Notes under the pieces: model-generated
Seen by the model: only the letters and a program-made list of their open reading frames with translations
What the model was told of the DNA's origin: nothing
The model's database searches: none
NCBI GenBank assembly: GCA_963663035.1
Contig: OY760074.1
Location: 3,232,001 to 3,296,000, forward strand
Direction: 5' to 3'
Length of the DNA: 64,000 nt
Source: Acidobacteriota bacterium
GTDB lineage: Bacteria > Acidobacteriota > UBA6911 > RPQK01 > JADFOI01
Position numbers and translations under genes: made by a program
Part shown: piece by piece, positions 42,494-51,652 of the stretch
Layout of the letters: every line of letters begins with the position of its first letter
Numbering within the stretch: the first letter of the stretch is position 1

Positions 42494-42946
42494 ATGCGCA
42501 TTTCCGTTGGGGCTGATCATGCAGGGTTTCCCTTGAAGGACCTAGTTCTTGAGTTGCTCGAAAAGGAGGGACATTCGGTTGTGGATCTTGGGACGCACAG
42601 CACCCAGTCGGTGGATTACCCGGACTATGCACAGGCCGTGGGCGAGTCAGTGGTCAAGGGAGAGACCCAGCTTGGAATTCTTCTCTGTGGTAGTGGTGTG
42701 GGGACTAGCATTGCGGCCAACAAGGTGCCGGGTATTCGGGCTGCCCTCTGTCACGATGTGTTCTCTGCCCGCCAGAGCCGTGAGGATGATGACGCCAATG
42801 TTCTCTGTCTGGGCCCCCGGGTGATCGGCCCGGCGCTGGCCGAGGATTTGATTCTTGCTTTTCTGGCAGCTCGTTTTTCCAAGGCTGAACGGCATGTGCG
42901 CCGGCTGGAGAAGGTTGCAGAATTGGAGAAACGACCCAAGGGGTGA
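42494..42946 (+). CDS. rpiB: Ribose-5-phosphate isomerase B
   Basis: GADHAG, VDYPDYA, CGSGVG, ANKVPGIRAA, RHVRR. Confidence 0.96.
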   Translation: MRISVGADHAGFPLKDLVLELLEKEGHSVVDLGTHSTQSVDYPDYAQAVGESVVKGETQLGILLCGSGVGTSIAANKVPGIRAALCHDVFSARQSREDDDANVLCLGPRVIGPALAEDLILAFLAARFSKAERHVRRLEKVAELEKRPKG

Positions 42947-42975
42947 GGGTCTTCGGTTGCTAGTCAAGAGAAGCC

Positions 42976-43728
42976 ATGAGCTATCAGGGTAAAGAGTTAG
43001 AGGTCTGTCGTGACGCTGAGGACCTGTACCAGAAGGCAGCCGAGCGGTTTGTTCGGCTCGCTGGAGAGGCCGTCTCAGCCACCGGTAGATTCACGGTGGC
43101 GCTCTCAGGAGGCACCACTCCACAGGCACTTTATTCCCTGTTGGCCAGCGACCAGTTTCAACCGTTGATGGCATGGTCAAAGATACACCTCTTCTTCGGC
43201 GATGAGCGTTGCGTGCCTCCCGATCATCCCGACAGCACTTTTGGCATGGTACGAGTGTCTCTGCTGGCTCCGGTTCCTATCCCCTGGGAGAACGTTTACC
43301 CGATTCAGACCGAGAAAGGGGATGCCCCGAGCGTGGCCGCTGAGTATGAGAAGACGCTAAAAGGCTTCTTTGGTCTGAGTGAGGGCCAAAAACCTCGCTT
43401 TGATCTGATCTTGCTGGGCATGGGAACGGATGGACATACGGCTTCTCTTTTTCCAGGGACCACCGCTCTCGAGAAAACTGCGGGGCTGGTTACCGCAACT
43501 TACGTGCAGAGGTTGCAATCCCATCGCATCTCACTCACCGCTTCCGCCATTAACCAGGCAGCCAATATCATCTTCTTGATCTCAGGACAGTCCAAGGCCT
43601 CAGTTTTGAAAGAGGTGCTTGAGGGTCAGGACCAGCCGATGCGCTTGCCCGCGCAGCGCATTGCGCCAGTGGAAGGCAAGCTCCTTTTCATGGTAGATCA
43701 GGCTGCCGGAAGCAAACTGGAGAACTAG
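42976..43728 (+). CDS. pgl: 6-phosphogluconolactonase
   Basis: LSGGTTP, GDERCVPPDHPDS, LLGMGTDGHTASLFP, RISLT. Confidence 0.95.
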   Translation: MSYQGKELEVCRDAEDLYQKAAERFVRLAGEAVSATGRFTVALSGGTTPQALYSLLASDQFQPLMAWSKIHLFFGDERCVPPDHPDSTFGMVRVSLLAPVPIPWENVYPIQTEKGDAPSVAAEYEKTLKGFFGLSEGQKPRFDLILLGMGTDGHTASLFPGTTALEKTAGLVTATYVQRLQSHRISLTASAINQAANIIFLISGQSKASVLKEVLEGQDQPMRLPAQRIAPVEGKLLFMVDQAAGSKLEN

Positions 43729-43742
43729 CCGGGAGACGAGAT

Positions 43743-45086
43743 ATGCCTGTCAGTGGCAAGGAGCTGAGCCAACTCAACGACCAGCTGTCGCACCATATGC
43801 AGATCATTCTGAAGTGCACCTTGCCTTCAGAAAAATATGGCCGGCTGTTGCTGGCCTCTCCACCGGAATCAAGATACCCCTACATCTACCCCAGGGACAC
43901 AAGCTGCGCTGTGCAGTTGCTCCGGCGGGTGGCAGGCTCTCCCCTTGGCTATGACATAGGACCTCAGGCCCTCGAGTTGATGAAGTCCACGGCCCACTTC
44001 ATGAAAGACATTGCTTCTGATGGAGGCAAGTGGGGACAGCGTTACAACGCCAAGGGAGAAGATAAGAGCATCTATAAGCAGGAAGATAACGTTGCTCATG
44101 GGATTTCCATTTTGTGTAACTACCTGCTGGCGGCGCGAAGATTGCAAAAAGAGATCGATGACCTGGAAGGCTTTCTGAGTTGTATCGACAATGCTCTGAG
44201 ATACAGTCTTGAGAATCTTTACCAGAAAGAACTGAATCTCTTCCGTTCCACCACTGCCATTCATGAGTCGTTGCTGGAGGAGGGTTACACCTGTTGGGTG
44301 AACTTCTCCTTTCTCTATGCGTATTCCCTGGCTGTTGAGGTCGCCAGTGAGATGGATAAGAAGGGAATCATCTCGAGTACACATCTGAACTTTCGGAAGC
44401 ATTTTCTCCATAGCATCAGTGAACTGTTTATGTCCGGCCACAGGTTTGTCCGCCGCATCAACCCAAATGGATACATGGACATGAGACCTGATTTCACCCT
44501 GCTTTCCCCCTTCTATTACGGTTTCTCGCACTACAAGACTGAGTTGCTCAACAGTGTCCGCTTCCTGGAGAAGCAACTCTGGGATCCGGAGTTGGGTATG
44601 ATTATGCGGTATCTTCCTTTCCACAAAGATTTCGCCACCCATGTCCATGCTGGAAATGGTCCCTGGCTGCAATACACGGCTGTTTTGGCCCAATTTCATT
44701 TCTGGTGTGGAGACACCCAGGAGGGTGACAAACTGCTTCAAATGATTGACCAATATAAGGGCGAAAACGGAGAGCTGCCCGAGCATCTTTCAACCTGCAA
44801 GAGATTTGAAGAGTTCATGGAAAGAGAATGGCAAACCGGGATCGATTTCGAGAAGGAATTTCACAAGCCCATCTTGTCGGACGACTGTCAGTTTGACACC
44901 ATCCTGGAAGAGGCAAACAACATGGCTCGCTCTTATGCGCAGACGGCCCAGCAATGCATGGTCCGGGATGACGCCTACTCTGAAGGGGGCTATATTCAGT
45001 TTGCCGCCCCGCTCATGTGGACACACGTTGAATACGCTCGCGCACTGATGTATCGGGCCAAGGACTGGTGGAAAGTCCCGAGTTAG
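43743..45086 (+). CDS. Glycoside hydrolase family 15-like (alpha/alpha)6 protein
   Basis: YPYIYPRD, QRY...G, QED, G.W, LPEH, PLMWTH motifs. Confidence 0.75.
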   Translation: MPVSGKELSQLNDQLSHHMQIILKCTLPSEKYGRLLLASPPESRYPYIYPRDTSCAVQLLRRVAGSPLGYDIGPQALELMKSTAHFMKDIASDGGKWGQRYNAKGEDKSIYKQEDNVAHGISILCNYLLAARRLQKEIDDLEGFLSCIDNALRYSLENLYQKELNLFRSTTAIHESLLEEGYTCWVNFSFLYAYSLAVEVASEMDKKGIISSTHLNFRKHFLHSISELFMSGHRFVRRINPNGYMDMRPDFTLLSPFYYGFSHYKTELLNSVRFLEKQLWDPELGMIMRYLPFHKDFATHVHAGNGPWLQYTAVLAQFHFWCGDTQEGDKLLQMIDQYKGENGELPEHLSTCKRFEEFMEREWQTGIDFEKEFHKPILSDDCQFDTILEEANNMARSYAQTAQQCMVRDDAYSEGGYIQFAAPLMWTHVEYARALMYRAKDWWKVPS

Positions 45087-45484
45087 GGCGGGTGTCCAGG
45101 AAGGCCAAGCTCGTCGTTCTCCGCGCCCTTCGATCCTCGACGTAACGTAGTACTCACTTTCATAAATACGATAACGTTTGTTGGGAGCGCGACGGAGCCC
45201 AGATCGAGGCGCGACGACGAGTCGATGTCGAGACATCGGCGAGGAGAAGCAACAAAGAGATGGGTCCGTCGCGCCCCAACCCTTCGGGCGGACGGGGGTT
45301 GCGAGCGATCTCTTTGTCTCTCGTCGTCGTCGATGTCCCTGACATCGCCTCCTCCTCCCTTCGCGACCTCGCCTCGCAAGCCCCATCCGTAAACATTACC
45401 GTATTTATGAAAGGGAGTACGTAGACTACGTCTGCGGTCGAAGGGCTTGTGCGGTCTCGATCTTGACCTACCTGAACACCCGCC
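45087..45484 (+). repeat. Family B nested-palindrome element, copy B2 (398 bp)
   Basis: GGCGGGTGTCCAGGAAGGCCAAG ... CTTGACCTACCTGAACACCCGCC; close match to B1 plus an extra ~110-bp central segment. Confidence 0.88.
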
Positions 45485-45540
45485 AACAACTCACCTGTCC
45501 GCGGCCTCGCTACATTCGTTATAATGGTTTCAGAGAAGTA

Positions 45541-46626
45541 ATGACCTTCCCCAGAGAAACCCAAGCCCGTATTATGCATAAATTCTCTACTGCAGCGACG
45601 AAATCATCCGCCCTGCCCATGTTGCGCGACCCGCAAGCGGGTACCCCTCAGCTCCTCAACGTACTCAAGAGTACGTTTGCGGGGGCCGACCCGTGGCGGG
45701 TACCCCTCGCGCGCCTTGTCAGGTCGGCGCTTTCGTCGCTTCGTGACAAGAACCTATGCATAATCCGGGCTAGCCTCCTCGCCATTGGCCTGTTCTATGT
45801 GACGGTGAGCTTCACCCCGTTGTCCGCCACCGGCCAGGATGAGGGTGCCCTCAGGACAGAGGCTGGGACTTGGCCGTCTCAGAGCTCTCGCCTGGTTCGC
45901 TTTGCCAACGATGCCCTGACAGTGGAAGTAAAAGATGCTCCGCTGGAGGAGGTGCTTCGGGAAGTTGCCCGTCAGAGCGGTCTCAGTATCGTGTGGTATG
46001 GCACAATCTCAGAGAGTATCTCCATAAGCTTTCAGCGGCTCTCCCTGGAGAAGGCCTTGACTCGGATCTTGCGCAATCACAGTTTTGCCCTGGCCTACTC
46101 TCAGGCTCGAGAGGGTCCCTCCAAGGATGCACGACTGAGGGAGCTGTGGATTATCCCCAAAGGAGCAAAAGGCGCTCCGGTCCCATCCACTGTTGTTGTG
46201 TCCAAGACCGAAGAGGACCTTCTCCGGGAAGAAGCCACAGATTTCGCCCTGTTGCGAGCTGCCCTCAGGAGTGACGATTCCTGGGAACGGGAAGATGCAG
46301 TGGAGGCCTTGGCAGAGATAGGACGCCCCGAGGCTGTACAGTTCCTGCGTCCGGCCCTGAGGGACGAGGATGAGGATGTGCGGGAGGCAGCCATTGCCGC
46401 TCTTGCTAACATCGGTGGAGATGAGGCAGCCCTGGCCTTGGCCATCGTCCTGCAAGACGAGGATGAGTGGTTCCGTGAGGAGGCTGTAGAGGCTCTGGGT
46501 GAGATCGGCGGAGAGAGTGCCATTCGGCTTCTGGAGCAAGCCTTGGAAGATGAAAACGAAGACGTCCGCGAGATCGCTGCAGACCTGCTGGAAGAGCTGA
46601 GAGAGAACTCTAGCGAAAGGCCCTAA
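45541..46626 (+). CDS. Secreted STN-like/HEAT-repeat protein carrying an in-frame family A insertion
   Basis: LTVEVKDAPLEEVLREVARQSG (secretin-N/STN-like); HEAT repeats (DEDEDVREAAIAALA); TATAAT upstream of ATG 45541. Confidence 0.75.
   Translation: MTFPRETQARIMHKFSTAATKSSALPMLRDPQAGTPQLLNVLKSTFAGADPWRVPLARLVRSALSSLRDKNLCIIRASLLAIGLFYVTVSFTPLSATGQDEGALRTEAGTWPSQSSRLVRFANDALTVEVKDAPLEEVLREVARQSGLSIVWYGTISESISISFQRLSLEKALTRILRNHSFALAYSQAREGPSKDARLRELWIIPKGAKGAPVPSTVVVSKTEEDLLREEATDFALLRAALRSDDSWEREDAVEALAEIGRPEAVQFLRPALRDEDEDVREAAIAALANIGGDEAALALAIVLQDEDEWFREEAVEALGEIGGESAIRLLEQALEDENEDVREIAADLLEELRENSSERP
45563..45772 (+). repeat. Family A element, copy A7 (210 bp, in frame within a CDS)
   Basis: AAGCCCGTATTATGCATA ... 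TATGCATAATCCGGGCTA; 70 codons with no stop in the host frame. Confidence 0.9.
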
Positions 46627-48248
46627 TCAATCATTTCCAATAAAAGACGCGAATCATTCTCGCGGGGATAGTCCAAACCCAGAAGTATGGCAAGGGTGGG
46701 GGCAATATCCTCAGGCCCGCAGGGGTCTGGATAGGATCCGGGCTCAATTCCCGGACCCATGAAGAGGATGGGAACGTGCCGGTCGTAATCGTATGGGGTG
46801 CCGTGACCGGTTCCTCCGACATAAGAATCGAGGTAAAGGAATTTTTTAACCAGGACCATCAGGTGAGGGCTTCTCGGTTGGAAAAAGGAATTCCGGAACA
46901 GCTCGATGTAGGGATCGCTTGAAGGTTCGTTACTCAAGAGCTGGGCATGAGTGTAGACGGCCTCCACCAGACCCGTCGAGAGAAGCGCACTGATGATCGT
47001 AGTCTCCACCTCCGTGCGATCCAGCCGGTGTCTTTGAAGCACCTCCTCGTCAAGATAGATATCCCTGGAAGAATCAGCGATCAAGTTCTCTACACCCGGA
47101 TATTGATTCTCCAGCGCCTGCTCCACTGCTGCCTCCAAAACCTGGGGATGGGCTCGTCGGGCCTCGATGCCCTTGCCTTGTAGAGTTTCCACCAGAGGGA
47201 GAACCCCGTGATCTGCTGTCAGGACCACCAGAGTCTTGTCCAGACCAACGCTGGCTTCAATCTCCTGAAACAGGCTCTCCAGAATGAGGTCCAGTCGGAG
47301 AAGCTGATCCATCATCTCCTGGCTCGCAGGTCCATAGGTGTGGCCCACAATGTCGGTTGAGGAAAATCCGATGGCCAGAATATCAGTCGAGGTGTCCACA
47401 CCGAGTTGGTGGGCTCTCATTGCCTGAAGCGCCACCGACAGTGTCAGTTCGTCGGCAAAGGGTGTGCGCCCCAGATCGTCATAGAATCCCCTTTCGGGAG
47501 GAGTTCCGCGGATGGAATGGGGAAAAACGGTATCCTTGCGGTCCCACTCCCCCTCGATTGCGTCGGGTCCCGCATATCTCTCATACAGGTTCTCCTCCAG
47601 CAGGCGGGTCCACTTCTGACCCGCATAGCGGTCCGCCAAACGCTGTTTGTTCCATTCTTCCAGCCAGGCGGGAGCTTTGTTCATATAGTAAGTACTGGTG
47701 ATGAAGTTGCCCCCCGAGGCTTCGTACCAGTAGGCGGCATCCCCTCGATGCCCGGCCATGAGGATAGCTGAACGATCCTTAAAAGCCACAGCGACCACGC
47801 GGGACTCCGGACTCTTCTGCTTCAGCACATCGCCCACTGTGAAACCTAAAAAGTTGACCGGAGAGGCCTTCCGCCCCTCGCCCCCAAGCGGTGACTGCAC
47901 GGGATCTTCCACCACGTTGATCGTTCTCTTTAGGAACGGATCGTACCAGGCGTCGGCAACAATTCCCGAGTGGCTGGGATGACGGCCCGAAAGGATCACC
48001 GAATGACCGGGACCTGTTGCGGTCATGGCATGCCGAAAATGGGCGTTAGGGAAGACCGCAGCCTGCTCCTGCAGAGTGCGAAAACCTCCTTTGAAGAGAT
48101 CACCGAAGCGCGTCAAGTAATCAAAGCGCATCTGGTCGATGGAGAGGACCAGGATCAGCTTGGGCTGGGCGGCACTCTGCTCCTGCCCCAGCGATGGCAA
48201 AAGGATCATCGCTGTCAACACTACAGCTGCCAGCCCGAATCTCTTCAT
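46623..48248 (-). CDS. Alkaline phosphatase family protein (PafA/NPP-like), secreted
   Basis: SIDQMR.DYL, TATGPGH, KDRSAI, DIVGHTYGP, TADHG, HGTPYDYD. Confidence 0.9.
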   Translation of the reverse strand: MKRFGLAAVVLTAMILLPSLGQEQSAAQPKLILVLSIDQMRFDYLTRFGDLFKGGFRTLQEQAAVFPNAHFRHAMTATGPGHSVILSGRHPSHSGIVADAWYDPFLKRTINVVEDPVQSPLGGEGRKASPVNFLGFTVGDVLKQKSPESRVVAVAFKDRSAILMAGHRGDAAYWYEASGGNFITSTYYMNKAPAWLEEWNKQRLADRYAGQKWTRLLEENLYERYAGPDAIEGEWDRKDTVFPHSIRGTPPERGFYDDLGRTPFADELTLSVALQAMRAHQLGVDTSTDILAIGFSSTDIVGHTYGPASQEMMDQLLRLDLILESLFQEIEASVGLDKTLVVLTADHGVLPLVETLQGKGIEARRAHPQVLEAAVEQALENQYPGVENLIADSSRDIYLDEEVLQRHRLDRTEVETTIISALLSTGLVEAVYTHAQLLSNEPSSDPYIELFRNSFFQPRSPHLMVLVKKFLYLDSYVGGTGHGTPYDYDRHVPILFMGPGIEPGSYPDPCGPEDIAPTLAILLGLDYPRENDSRLLLEMID

Positions 48249-48266
48249 GAACCAATAGGATCTCAT

Positions 48267-48291
48267 AAAATGTGGGGACAGCCCACATTTT
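48267..48291. other. Perfect hairpin in a divergent intergenic region
   Basis: AAAATGTGGG-GACAG-CCCACATTTT. Confidence 0.55.
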
Positions 48292-48303
48292 CCGCCCCAG
48301 CCC

Positions 48304-48332
48304 TTGCCTGAGGATGAGTTGTTTATCATAAT
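48304..48332 (+). promoter_or_regulatory. Putative sigma-70 promoter of the selenoprotein gene
   Basis: TTGCCT-N17-CATAAT, 13 nt before ATG 48346. Confidence 0.45.
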
Positions 48333-48345
48333 AGGTTCCAATAAT

Positions 48346-48972
48346 ATGCTGCCCCGTTCAGACTATTACAGAATGCCGGCCAATCCCTGGATTAGCTTCA
48401 AGTACTGTGACCTCACGAAGCTGATCAAGCTGCGCGTGAGCCCGAGCATCAGAAAGCGCTACAAGAACTTCGACGGCGCCATAGCCCTGGGAGAGATGGC
48501 TCCTGAAATCGACCTCAAGGGCGATAACGGTGAGGGGTTCCGCCTTTCTGACAGAATTGGCAAGAAGAACGTGGTTCTGGTCTTTGGCGCCATAACCTGA
48601 CCGCCCTATCGCGGGCAGGTGTCCGCCATAGAGGAGGTGGCCAGGAAATACCATGATGCCGAGATCTGGCACCTGTATGTCCGGGAGCCGCATGCCCAGG
48701 AACGCGGATTCAAGAAGTATTTCAAGCACAAGGACTACCAGGATCGGGTTGCCTATGCTCAGGAATTGCGCGAGGTCATGAACATCAAAAGCCCCATTGT
48801 GCTGGACGGCATGGATGAGAAAATTCATCTCCAGTACGGGAACATGCCCAATGCTGTCTATGTCGTCGACAAGGAGGGGAAGGTCGTCTACAAGGCCAAC
48901 TGGACTGACTCAGCTGTGGTGGACCAGGTCCTGGCTGAGTTACAGGCTGAGGAAGCCAGTCCGGGGCTCTAG
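48346..48972 (+). CDS. Iodothyronine deiodinase-like thioredoxin-fold selenoprotein (Sec at TGA 48598-48600)
   Basis: Two in-frame ORFs joined as FGAIT-UGA-PPY (cf. FGSxTUPPF); LYVREPH, VLDGMD, YGNMPNAVYVVDKEG match deiodinase-like motifs. Confidence 0.88.
48604..48634 (+). promoter_or_regulatory. Bacterial SECIS-like stem-loop
   Basis: CCTAT-C-GCGGGC-AGGT-GTCCGC-C-ATAG(A)GG; the G-containing loop begins 16 nt after the UGA. Confidence 0.75.
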
Positions 48973-49172
48973 CCCGGATTATGCATAGGTTCTCGTCATG
49001 AAGCGGCGAAAGCGCCGGAAAACAGAGCCGCGGGCTTTAGCCCACGGGCCCGCAGGCTAAAGCCTGCGGGCCCGACTGGCGCGCGAGGGGTACCCCGCTT
49101 GCGGGTCGCGCAACGCTGGCAGGGCGGATGATTTCGCCGATGCAGTAGAGAATTTATGCATAATCCGGGCTT
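48970..49172 (-). repeat. Family A element, copy A8
   Basis: TAGCCCGGATTATGCATA ... TATGCATAATCCGGGCTT; begins at the TAG stop of the selenoprotein gene. Confidence 0.92.
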
Positions 49173-49203
49173 AAACCTGGAACTTATAGAGAGGGAGGAA
49201 CTT

Positions 49204-49650
49204 ATGAAAAAAGGATTTCTGTTATTGATGGTTCTACCGCTTGGACTCACTTTCTGTGGTTCCGGCGAGCAGCAGGTGGCCAGCGCCGAGCAGCAGGCCG
49301 TCGTCACTTCATTTCAGTCCTACGTCGCTTCTCAGGTAGCTCTGGCTGGCGACAATTTTAGTGCAGCCGGGACTGCTCTTGCAGAGTTGGCCACGGAGAG
49401 CACCGGTGATCTGAAAGTGCTGGCTGAGGAGGCTGCCCAAGCCGAGGATATCGAAAGTATGCGCACGGCCTTTATACCCCTTTCCGAGGAGGTTGCGAAG
49501 CTGGACCTCCCTGAAGGATTAGTGGTGGCCTTTTGTCCCATGGCCAATAACAGCCAGGGTGCAAACTGGGTTCAAGCAGACGGAGCCATCAATAATCCCT
49601 ACTTTGGATCTGCCATGCTGGACTGTGGCGAGATCGTGCAAGAGAACTAG
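49204..49650 (+). CDS. DUF3347-like heavy-metal-binding exported protein
   Basis: FCPMA...GANWVQ...INNPYFGSAMLDCG; GGAGG RBS; signal peptide with Cys. Confidence 0.82.
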   Translation: MKKGFLLLMVLPLGLTFCGSGEQQVASAEQQAVVTSFQSYVASQVALAGDNFSAAGTALAELATESTGDLKVLAEEAAQAEDIESMRTAFIPLSEEVAKLDLPEGLVVAFCPMANNSQGANWVQADGAINNPYFGSAMLDCGEIVQEN

Positions 49651-50306
49651 ATTCTGGATCCCCGGCCCGATTGTAGTTGGCCGAGTTGGCTGAAAAGCAA
49701 GTAAAAACCCCAGAGCAGGGAGAGAGCAACCACAGCGATTCCAGAGTAGTGAGCCAGCTCTGCCAGGAAGTGATCGTATTCGAGCCATCCGAGTTGGGTC
49801 AGTAGGTTGTTCCAGTCATGATAGCCGGGCCGATCCCGGCCGGTCACTCCCCCCAGCAGCATCAGCTCTTGGGCACGAGCGTCGTTGATGTAAGGTGCAA
49901 GCTCAATCAGACTTTGCCCTGTCCACCACAGCGTCACCGATGCCGCAAAAGTGTCCAGGTGGCGGGTCAGGAATGCCACCGTGCAGATTAATGGCACCAG
50001 TACCTGAAGAAGTGATCCACCCAGAATTGTCATGAAGCGGCCCAGTGGCAGGAATACCACGTGCCCAGCTTCGTGAAAGACAAGATTGACCCTGGACAGG
50101 ATGAAATGGGGGAGAGAGGGCAACATCTGGGAACGTTCGATACTCAACGTCATGAAGGTCCAGCCCATCACCAGCAGGGCTAGCCAGATAATGCCGCAGG
50201 CCACGATTTGGCCTCCGTTGGATTTTTCAGGCAGCGTGAGAGCACGCTGAACAACTCGGACCAGCGGACCCCCGGAATCAGCTTCCCATTCCTCTCTTCC
50301 CTCCAT
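49647..50306 (-). CDS. Membrane protein with HExxH (M50-like metalloprotease)
   Basis: NLVFHEAGH, LGGSLLQ, YINDARA, HDWNNLL; several TM segments. Confidence 0.75.
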   Translation of the reverse strand: MEGREEWEADSGGPLVRVVQRALTLPEKSNGGQIVACGIIWLALLVMGWTFMTLSIERSQMLPSLPHFILSRVNLVFHEAGHVVFLPLGRFMTILGGSLLQVLVPLICTVAFLTRHLDTFAASVTLWWTGQSLIELAPYINDARAQELMLLGGVTGRDRPGYHDWNNLLTQLGWLEYDHFLAELAHYSGIAVVALSLLWGFYLLFSQLGQLQSGRGSRI

Positions 50307-50410
50307 ACTTCCATCCTACCAGGTGCCCAGCCCTTTCTGAGGGATCGGTCGGAGAAGTAACGGGGTCAGGAAAGATAGAGAGGAAACGAAAGGTTGCAAG
50401 GCCGATCTTT

Positions 50411-51232
50411 TCAGTTTCCTGAACTTGCAGGCTGCTTCAGGGCCCTGTTCAGGAATGCAACAGTCTTGATCCAGGCATCCTCTGTCTTTTCAGCATCGTG
50501 CCCTGGGTTGGATGGGTTGGCAAAGGCATGGCCAACACCTTCATAGAGGTAGATCTCGTTTTCAATTCCCAGCTGATTTAAGGCTTGCTCAAACTCCTGG
50601 ACTGACTCCACAGAGATGACCGCGTCCTGGTCGGCAAAGACTCCCAGGACCGGCCACTGAATACTGGAAAGCTGTTCCGGATCAGTCTCCAAAGCTCCAT
50701 AATAAATAACCGTGGCCGCCAAGCTCTCATTGAGTGAGAGCTGCATGGACATGCCTCCCCCAAAGCACCAGCCCATGGAGGCGACGGCCTCTGCCATGAC
50801 GAAGTCCGCTTCCCTCAGAAAGGAGACGGCACTTTTCATATGCTCGACCGCCTCACCTGTATTTTGCCTGACCTCAGAAGCAAATTCCCCTGCCTCTTCG
50901 GACGTCGAGGCGACTCTGCCGTCATATAAATCAACAGCCAAAACGACATAGTCCTCCTCAGCCAGGGCATGAGCCATCTCCTGGATATTGTCGTTGACTC
51001 CCCACCACTCGTGGATCATGACTACGGCCGGGAGTTTGCCCTCTACCGCAGGCCTCACTAAATAGCCTCTCTGGTCGTCACCAAAGGTCACCCACTCGCC
51101 ACTCATAATCTCCTCCCGAGTCTCCTGCAAACTTTCCGCTCCCTGCTCTCCGGCCGATTCCGAGCCGGAAGGAACCTCACTTTGGCAGGCAGATAGAATC
51201 AATATCATGGATAGAAAAAAAACGTTTTTCAT
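50411..51232 (-). CDS. Dienelactone hydrolase family lipoprotein
   Basis: Lipobox LSAC, IHEWWG, GWCFGG, YYG, D, GHAF.N. Confidence 0.92.
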   Translation of the reverse strand: MKNVFFLSMILILSACQSEVPSGSESAGEQGAESLQETREEIMSGEWVTFGDDQRGYLVRPAVEGKLPAVVMIHEWWGVNDNIQEMAHALAEEDYVVLAVDLYDGRVASTSEEAGEFASEVRQNTGEAVEHMKSAVSFLREADFVMAEAVASMGWCFGGGMSMQLSLNESLAATVIYYGALETDPEQLSSIQWPVLGVFADQDAVISVESVQEFEQALNQLGIENEIYLYEGVGHAFANPSNPGHDAEKTEDAWIKTVAFLNRALKQPASSGN

Positions 51233-51285
51233 TTAGGTGCCTCTTTTCTCCTGATCCTGGGGGATGTAATCTGGAGCAGAATAAC

Positions 51286-51612
51286 ATGTTCTGTCCTGAA
51301 TGTAGTGCCGAATATCGAGAAGGCATTCTAGAGTGTTCGGATTGCCAGACTGCACTGGTCCCGGAACTTCCACCCGAACCGCAGCTAGAGCCCACGCCAG
51401 AGCTGGAACTGGTCACCGTGCTGGCCACTGGCAATCCAGCCCGGATTGCGGTCGCAAAATCGCTTCTGGAGGACTCCGGGATCGAATACCTGACCAAGGA
51501 TGAGGGGTTCCATGACCTCTTCCCTGTATCGAGATTCAGGATTAAGATCCAGGTCAGGCAAGAGGATAAGGAAGAAGCTGGAGAACTGCTGGCAGATTTA
51601 GTGGAAGAGTGA
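51286..51612 (+). CDS. Zinc-ribbon/DUF2007 (PII-like) protein
   Basis: MFCPECSAEYREG...CSDC..ALV; AKSLLEDSGI. Confidence 0.82.
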   Translation: MFCPECSAEYREGILECSDCQTALVPELPPEPQLEPTPELELVTVLATGNPARIAVAKSLLEDSGIEYLTKDEGFHDLFPVSRFRIKIQVRQEDKEEAGELLADLVEE

Positions 51613-51652
51613 TCACCGGGGTTTTTCCAACCAAGCTGAGCCTCCCCAGCTC

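Noticed and set aside
45083-45379. ORFs inside family B (also 29024-29308 and 45160-45579)
   Set aside because: Repeat-derived, with inconsistent starts and ends and no transposase motif.
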